DNA of 64,000 nucleotides, from the NCBI GenBank assembly GCA_964416445.1, contig CAYQEE010000004.1, forward strand, positions 47,868-111,867, written 5' to 3'. The notes below the pieces were generated by a model. It was given only the letters and a program-made list of their open reading frames with translations. It searched no databases and was not told the DNA's origin. Shown one piece after another: positions 59,101 to 64,000 of the stretch. This DNA comes from an uncultured Gammaproteobacteria bacterium. Lineage in GTDB: Bacteria > Patescibacteriota > Microgenomatia > Levybacterales > UBA12049. A program made the translations under genes and the position numbers. The first letter of the stretch is position 1, and each line of letters opens with the position of its first letter.

Positions 59101-59253
59101 TTAGATTGTTGCTCTTCCCGTGACAAATCTTGCAAGGAATATTACTAATGCCACTACAAGCAAGAGATGAATTAATCCCCCACCTATGTTAAGTGCAACT
59201 CCACCCAACCAGGCGATAAGTAACACCATTGCGACTATCTCTAAAAGACCCAT
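59101..59253 (-). CDS. Unannotated 50 aa lmo0937-family small membrane protein.
   Basis: Reverse-strand ORF MGLLEIVAMVLLIAWLGGVALNIGGGLIHLLLVVALVIFLARFVTGRATI. A GGAGGGAAT SD sits 4 nt before the ATG. The GGGLIHLLLV motif is typical of the family. Confidence 0.6.
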   Translation of the reverse strand: MGLLEIVAMVLLIAWLGGVALNIGGGLIHLLLVVALVIFLARFVTGRATI

Positions 59254-59340
59254 AATTCCCTCCTTTCTGTTTAAGAATAGAATATTTCATTAAATCAGAG
59301 ATATAAAAAGCGCAAGAATAAGGTAAGTATGTTTTCAATA

Positions 59341-60666
59341 TTATTTGTGTATCGGAATTTGAAAATAAAATGTTGACCCTTTTCCTTTATAACTTTCTAC
59401 CCATATTTTCCCTTTATGAAATTTGACAATTTCTTTTGAAACGAATAATCCAATGCCAAATCCAGGGGACGTTTTTGCATCAACATTAATTTGATACAAA
59501 CGATCAAATATTTTATCTTGATATTTTGGTTCAATTCCAATTCCAAAATCTTCTATACTAACGGTAACCATATCTTTTACTCTTTGTGTACTAATAATAA
59601 CTTTACCCCCATCAGGAGAATACTTTATGGCATTGGTAATCAGATTAACGAGGACTTGATAAATTCTATACCGATCAGCTTCAATGAGTTTTCCAATCTT
59701 TCCTTTTATTATTATTTTATGTTTGTTTGTTATTCCTTGAATCTCATCTCTTGTGTCCTTAATAAGCACGTCTAAATTGAATTTTTCATATTCATATTTC
59801 ATTTTACCTGTTTGTATTCTCGCCAAGTCAAGAAAGTCAGTAATTAATGAATTGAGCTTTGTTGTTTGTGCTTCAATTTTTGCAATATAACGTTTTGCTT
59901 GTATTTTTTGATTTTCATTAATTTTTTTCAGTAGAACATGCAGATAAATATTTAAACTGGTAATTGGTGTCTTTAATTCATGGCTGGCAAGGTTAAAGAA
60001 TTCATCTTTATTTTTTTCTAATTCAGTTCGTTTTGCAAATTCTCTATTGATTAAATAATAGGTTAATAAAATAAGCACAATATTGAGTATCCCAGTAAAT
60101 GCTGAAGTTACAAAAAGAGTAGTATAGTTATGATCTGTTTCTGATTTTCTTAGTGCTAATAACCCCATCTCATTATTTTCCAGAGAAATAATAATATTCC
60201 GAATTTCATTCATCTTTTGTTTCCCCTGATCTTCTTCGGTTTGAATGAAAGACTGGGAAGCGTCTAAACCTTGGGTATTTATAGCGTTAATTCCTTGCTG
60301 TAATAATGAAAGTCGTTGATTTACATCTTGTTTTAATATGTTTATTCGTTTTTGAATAAATGAGTTATCCCTCGTTAGATTTTCTATTGTTGCAATATGT
60401 TTTTGAATTACTGGAGTTGATTGTTGATATGGTTGCAAATAACTTTCATCGTTTGTTAATAAATATCCTCTTTCACCAGTTTCGGCATTTATTAATGCTA
60501 TCAATGTTCTATCTAATTCACTATTGACCGCGTAGGCTCGATTTACTAGTTTAGTATTATTAAAAATAATAACCAGATTTTGATAGGTTAAGATGACATC
60601 ACCTATGGTAAATAACAATGTTAGAATTACTGCGAATATAATAAACCTGCCATAGGGTGTCTTCAT
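59341..60666 (-). CDS. Sensor histidine kinase with an extracytoplasmic CHASE3-like domain; an orphan, with no adjacent response regulator.
   Basis: Two transmembrane helices, a periplasmic coiled-coil sensor, HisKA (HELKTPITS) and HATPase_c (G-boxes). Confidence 0.85.
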   Translation of the reverse strand: MKTPYGRFIIFAVILTLLFTIGDVILTYQNLVIIFNNTKLVNRAYAVNSELDRTLIALINAETGERGYLLTNDESYLQPYQQSTPVIQKHIATIENLTRDNSFIQKRINILKQDVNQRLSLLQQGINAINTQGLDASQSFIQTEEDQGKQKMNEIRNIIISLENNEMGLLALRKSETDHNYTTLFVTSAFTGILNIVLILLTYYLINREFAKRTELEKNKDEFFNLASHELKTPITSLNIYLHVLLKKINENQKIQAKRYIAKIEAQTTKLNSLITDFLDLARIQTGKMKYEYEKFNLDVLIKDTRDEIQGITNKHKIIIKGKIGKLIEADRYRIYQVLVNLITNAIKYSPDGGKVIISTQRVKDMVTVSIEDFGIGIEPKYQDKIFDRLYQINVDAKTSPGFGIGLFVSKEIVKFHKGKIWVESYKGKGSTFYFQIPIHK

Positions 60667-60781
60667 ATCAATACTCTCATGAAGTATGAAAGATGGTAGA
60701 ATCTTACTACTTTCTTACAGATTTTGAAAGAGATACTTTGCGAGGCAGTTATCAGAGAGCATTTCTGAATCTATAAATGTC

Positions 60782-60940
60782 TTATTGAGGCCCTGCAGCA
60801 TGGGTAACTTGAGCATTTTGACCTACTGTTTGGTTAGCAAGATAGGTTGTTAACATAATACCAACTATTAAAGAAAAAAGAAAAACTAACGTAACAACAT
60901 CTTTCGTATTTCTTGATTCTTTATAGCTCGTTTTTTTCAT
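60782..60940 (-). CDS. Small (52 aa) single-TM membrane protein downstream of guaA.
   Basis: The start is taken at MKKTSYK. The longer ORF-track version would overlap the guaA 3' end. Confidence 0.3.
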   Translation of the reverse strand: MKKTSYKESRNTKDVVTLVFLFSLIVGIMLTTYLANQTVGQNAQVTHAAGPQ

Positions 60941-61013
60941 CCAAATAACCCCTATTTCTTTCATATCATTCCTTAACAATACTGTCAAGAGGAAAAGTAC
61001 TATTTTCCGTTTG

Positions 61014-62540
61014 TTACTCCCATTCCATTGTTGCTGGTGGTTTTGTAGTAATATCGTAAACGACTCGTGAAATATTCGGTACTTCATTAATAATTCTTGA
61101 TGAAATTTTTTGTAAAACATCATAAGGCAATTGTGACCAGGTAGAAGTCATAATATCATTAGATTCAACAACCCGAAGAGCAACCACTTCACCAAAAAAC
61201 TTTCCATCTCCTTTAACAGCCGTTGAAAAAGCACCGGTAAGTACCGGAAACGAAATAAAAACTTTTTCCAGTAATCCTACTTTCCTTAATTCTTCTAGAA
61301 TAATCCTATCTGACTGCTTTTCCTGGCTTAATCTTTCCGCTGTTACTTCACCTCGAATGCGGATTGCAAATCCAGGCCCAGGGAATGGTTGTTTCATGAC
61401 AAATTGTTCAGGCAACCCTAGCTTTCTTCCCAATTCCCTGACTTGGTCTTTATATAAATCTCGTAAAGGCTCAAGAAGAGTTAGTTTCATATTTTCAGGT
61501 AGTCCTCCTACATTATGGTGACTTTTTATTTTTGATGCATGCTTTGAACCTTGACTTTCGATAACATCTGAGTAAATCGTTCCTTGGAGAAGAAATTTAA
61601 CATCATGATCAGTTAACAGAAGTTTATTCATCTCTTGCTCAAATACTTCAATATAAAAATTTCCAATAACTTTACGTTTTTCTTCACTGTCAGTGACTCC
61701 TTGCAATCGTTGCAACATTTCTTTACGAACATTAACAATCACTGGGGTAATTCCATATTGTTCAAACGCTTTTTCAACTGTTTTTGCCGCATCTTCACGC
61801 ATCAATCCATTATCGACAAAAATTGGGGTAAACTGTTTGCCAATCGCTTTTGCTACTAAAGTACCTGCTACAGTTGAGTCAACTCCTCCAGATATGGCGC
61901 CAATAACATGATGCCCCTTAACTTTTTCTTGAATTTCTTTAATGAATATTTCAGGACTAATAGTAAAAGTTTTCGGTTTAACACCACAGATTTCAATAAA
62001 ATTTTTTAGAATTTGTTCACCAAACTCTGTGTGCTCTACTTCAGGATGAAATTGAATCATATATATTTTTTTCTTCTCATATTCCGCCGCGGTATTGGGA
62101 ACATGTGGTGTTGATCCAATAAGATTATATCCTTGAGGAATCTCTATGATCTCATCTCCATGACTCATCCATACCGTGAAGTCTTTTTTAACCCCTCGAA
62201 GTATTTTTGAAGTATCATCGAGTATAGAAAATAATGCAGGACCATATTCTTTTCTTCCAGAAATAACTTTTCCACCTAGAAGGTGCGCAGCTAATTGGAA
62301 TCCATAACAAATACCTAAAATTGGTATTCCTAAATCAAATATTGTCTTATCAATCGTCGGAGCATTTTTTTCATACACTGAAGAAGGTCCACCTGAGAGA
62401 ACTAATCCATCTGGCTTCTCTTTCTTAATTTCTTTTATTGCTTGCTCAGGATTAATAACCCTTGCTTGACAACCATAATCTCGAAGACGACGTGAAATCA
62501 GATGAGCTGTTTGTGAACCAAAATCAATAACAAAAATCAT
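61014..62540 (-). CDS. guaA: GMP synthase (glutamine-hydrolysing).
   Basis: GATase (ICYGFQ) plus the ATP-PPase SGGVDS motif. Confidence 0.95.
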   Translation of the reverse strand: MIFVIDFGSQTAHLISRRLRDYGCQARVINPEQAIKEIKKEKPDGLVLSGGPSSVYEKNAPTIDKTIFDLGIPILGICYGFQLAAHLLGGKVISGRKEYGPALFSILDDTSKILRGVKKDFTVWMSHGDEIIEIPQGYNLIGSTPHVPNTAAEYEKKKIYMIQFHPEVEHTEFGEQILKNFIEICGVKPKTFTISPEIFIKEIQEKVKGHHVIGAISGGVDSTVAGTLVAKAIGKQFTPIFVDNGLMREDAAKTVEKAFEQYGITPVIVNVRKEMLQRLQGVTDSEEKRKVIGNFYIEVFEQEMNKLLLTDHDVKFLLQGTIYSDVIESQGSKHASKIKSHHNVGGLPENMKLTLLEPLRDLYKDQVRELGRKLGLPEQFVMKQPFPGPGFAIRIRGEVTAERLSQEKQSDRIILEELRKVGLLEKVFISFPVLTGAFSTAVKGDGKFFGEVVALRVVESNDIMTSTWSQLPYDVLQKISSRIINEVPNISRVVYDITTKPPATMEWE

Positions 62541-62543
62541 AAC

Positions 62544-63692
62544 TTAATAATTTTCACCAGCATTAGTTATTAATACGTCGTGAGGATGACTTTCAGTAAG
62601 TGATGCCTGAGTAATTTGAATAAATTGAGATTTTTTCCATAATTCTTGAAGGTTTTTTGCGCCTATATAATAAAACCCTGACTTTATTCCTCCAAGGGCT
62701 TGATCAACGATATTTTGTACTGTTCCTTTTACTGGAACTAACCCTTCAACTCCTTCCGCAACTAAGACTCTATCATGGTAATTTTTCCCGTGAAATTCAT
62801 CTTCTGCTTTAATTTCTGCACCTTTTTTCATGGCGCCTACTGATCCCATTCCTCTATATTCTTTAAATAAATATTCGTCTTTATCTTTTTGAAAAATACT
62901 CTGAAACCTCCGAGGAACATGATTTCGATGGAGTAAAATAGTCTTCCCTGGAGCTTCTTCAGCAGCAGCAAAGAAGCTTCCCATCATAACTGCATTTGCC
63001 CCAATCGCTAAAGCTTTTACCATATCTCCTGAATATTTAATACCTCCATCTGCAATAACAGGAACCCCTTCCTTTTTAGCTACAGGCACAACATCTTGTA
63101 ACGCACTTATTTGAGGAACACCCATACCTGAAATAATACGGGTTGTACAAATAGCTCCAGGACCCATACCAACACGTAATCCATCAGCTCCCGCGGCAAT
63201 AAGTGCTTTTGCACCATCTGCCGTAGCAATACTTCCTGCGATAATATCAATATCAGGATAATGTTTTTTTATATAGGTAACCGTATCGATTACATGCTTT
63301 GCAAATCCATGTGCACTATCAACAACAATAAGTTTTACGCCTACAGAATATACAGCGGCGACACGCTTTTCGAATCCAGAACTTGCTCCAACTGAAACCC
63401 CTACTAGTAATTTTTGATCAATCACCTGTTTCGCTTCTTCTGCTTGCTGATCAATTGTTAAATTTCGGTGTATGATACCTATTCCCCCTAATTTTGCCAA
63501 TGCTATTGCAAGCTTTGACTCGGTAACAGTATCCATAGGTGACGAAATTAAAGGAATTTTAAGGCTAATTCTTTTTGATATGTGCGTGCTGAGGTCTATA
63601 TCGCTGCGCGAGAAATCAGAATAACCAGGGAGTAGCAAAATGTCATCAAATGTTAAACCAATAGGAAACGCATTCAATGTCTTATGCTCCAT
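62544..63692 (-). CDS. guaB: IMP dehydrogenase family protein lacking the CBS subdomain (short GuaB-like).
   Basis: IMPDH TIM-barrel with a catalytic Cys (GPGAICTTR). There is no CBS pair. Confidence 0.8.
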   Translation of the reverse strand: MEHKTLNAFPIGLTFDDILLLPGYSDFSRSDIDLSTHISKRISLKIPLISSPMDTVTESKLAIALAKLGGIGIIHRNLTIDQQAEEAKQVIDQKLLVGVSVGASSGFEKRVAAVYSVGVKLIVVDSAHGFAKHVIDTVTYIKKHYPDIDIIAGSIATADGAKALIAAGADGLRVGMGPGAICTTRIISGMGVPQISALQDVVPVAKKEGVPVIADGGIKYSGDMVKALAIGANAVMMGSFFAAAEEAPGKTILLHRNHVPRRFQSIFQKDKDEYLFKEYRGMGSVGAMKKGAEIKAEDEFHGKNYHDRVLVAEGVEGLVPVKGTVQNIVDQALGGIKSGFYYIGAKNLQELWKKSQFIQITQASLTESHPHDVLITNAGENY

Positions 63693-63757
63693 AGTGTACT
63701 TTACTACGGAATAAGCTAAGTGTCAAGTGAAGGGTAATTTTCAGCTATTATTTTTCC

Positions 63758-64000
63758 AGGGTAAGAAAAGTATATAAATAGTTTTTAGACGAACCTTCTC
63801 TTTTTTCTACCATTTTCGTAAACTGAGAGTAATCAGGAAAGTATACATCTGCTTGTGGAAAGGTTGCATGAACAATGGTTAAATAAAGCCTTGTAACTAG
63901 CGGTAATGCTTTTGAAAATAACTCTCCTCCTCCAATAATAAAAATTTCCTCAGTATTATCTCTTTGTGCTTCCTCGAGAGCCTCATTAAGCGAATGTGCA
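63758..64000 (-). CDS. folA: Dihydrofolate reductase, C-terminal part (the ORF continues beyond the window).
   Basis: The translated 3' end (..EEIFIIGGGELFSKALPLVTRLYLTIVHATFPQADVYFPDY..) matches the DHFR C-terminal blocks. Confidence 0.7.

Noticed and set aside
61635-61911. Plus-strand ORFs of 72-74 aa.
   Set aside because: They are fully embedded antisense within guaA.
1-64000. An alternative genetic code, such as TGA recoding as in some low-GC candidate phyla.
   Set aside because: Many long conserved genes (guaA, proS, dnaX, zwf, glyA) are full length with the standard code and show no internal TGA requirement.
1-64000. tRNA genes, rRNA genes and CRISPR arrays.
   Set aside because: No cloverleaf-like GTTCGA/TTCGAAT motifs, rRNA-like tracts or direct-repeat/spacer arrays were seen in the intergenic regions.

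Overview
This is a 64 kb chromosomal window from a low-GC bacterium (roughly 35% GC by eye), and no previously undescribed system was confirmed in it. The standard genetic code applies: long conserved ORFs such as guaA, proS, dnaX and zwf are intact with TGA as a stop. Most of the window is housekeeping, largely on the minus strand: proBAC, purF-purD, metK, cysS, nadD-nadE, dnaX-ybaB-recR, two tandem prs genes, ybeY-rpsU, proS, an oxidative pentose-phosphate cluster (pgl-zwf-gnd with adjacent acetolactate synthase and aldehyde dehydrogenase), rseP-frr-tsf-rpsB, glyA and guaB-guaA-folA. Four cis-regulatory RNAs were recognised directly in the sequence: a T-box leader upstream of proBAC, and three SAM-I (S-box) riboswitches, two on the plus strand upstream of methionine-related operons and one upstream of metK. 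Two of the SAM-I aptamers are nearly identical and each sits directly downstream of a paralogous EamA/DMT transporter gene. The second S-box operon encodes an unusual cysteine-free flavoprotein-like protein, a GAF-domain protein resembling free methionine-(R)-sulfoxide reductase, and a His-rich protein; this is the strongest candidate for new biology. A cell-surface cluster encodes a sortase with a divergently placed LPXTG substrate, a membrane protein with a DUF4352-like C-terminal domain, and a dockerin-containing Pro/Thr-repeat protein. Also present are a bacterial hexokinase-family gene, a GH37 trehalase-like gene, a frameshifted EVE-domain gene, an ORF interrupted by an in-frame TAA, and several unannotated small membrane ORFs. 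No CRISPR arrays, rRNA genes, tRNA genes or obvious mobile elements were seen.
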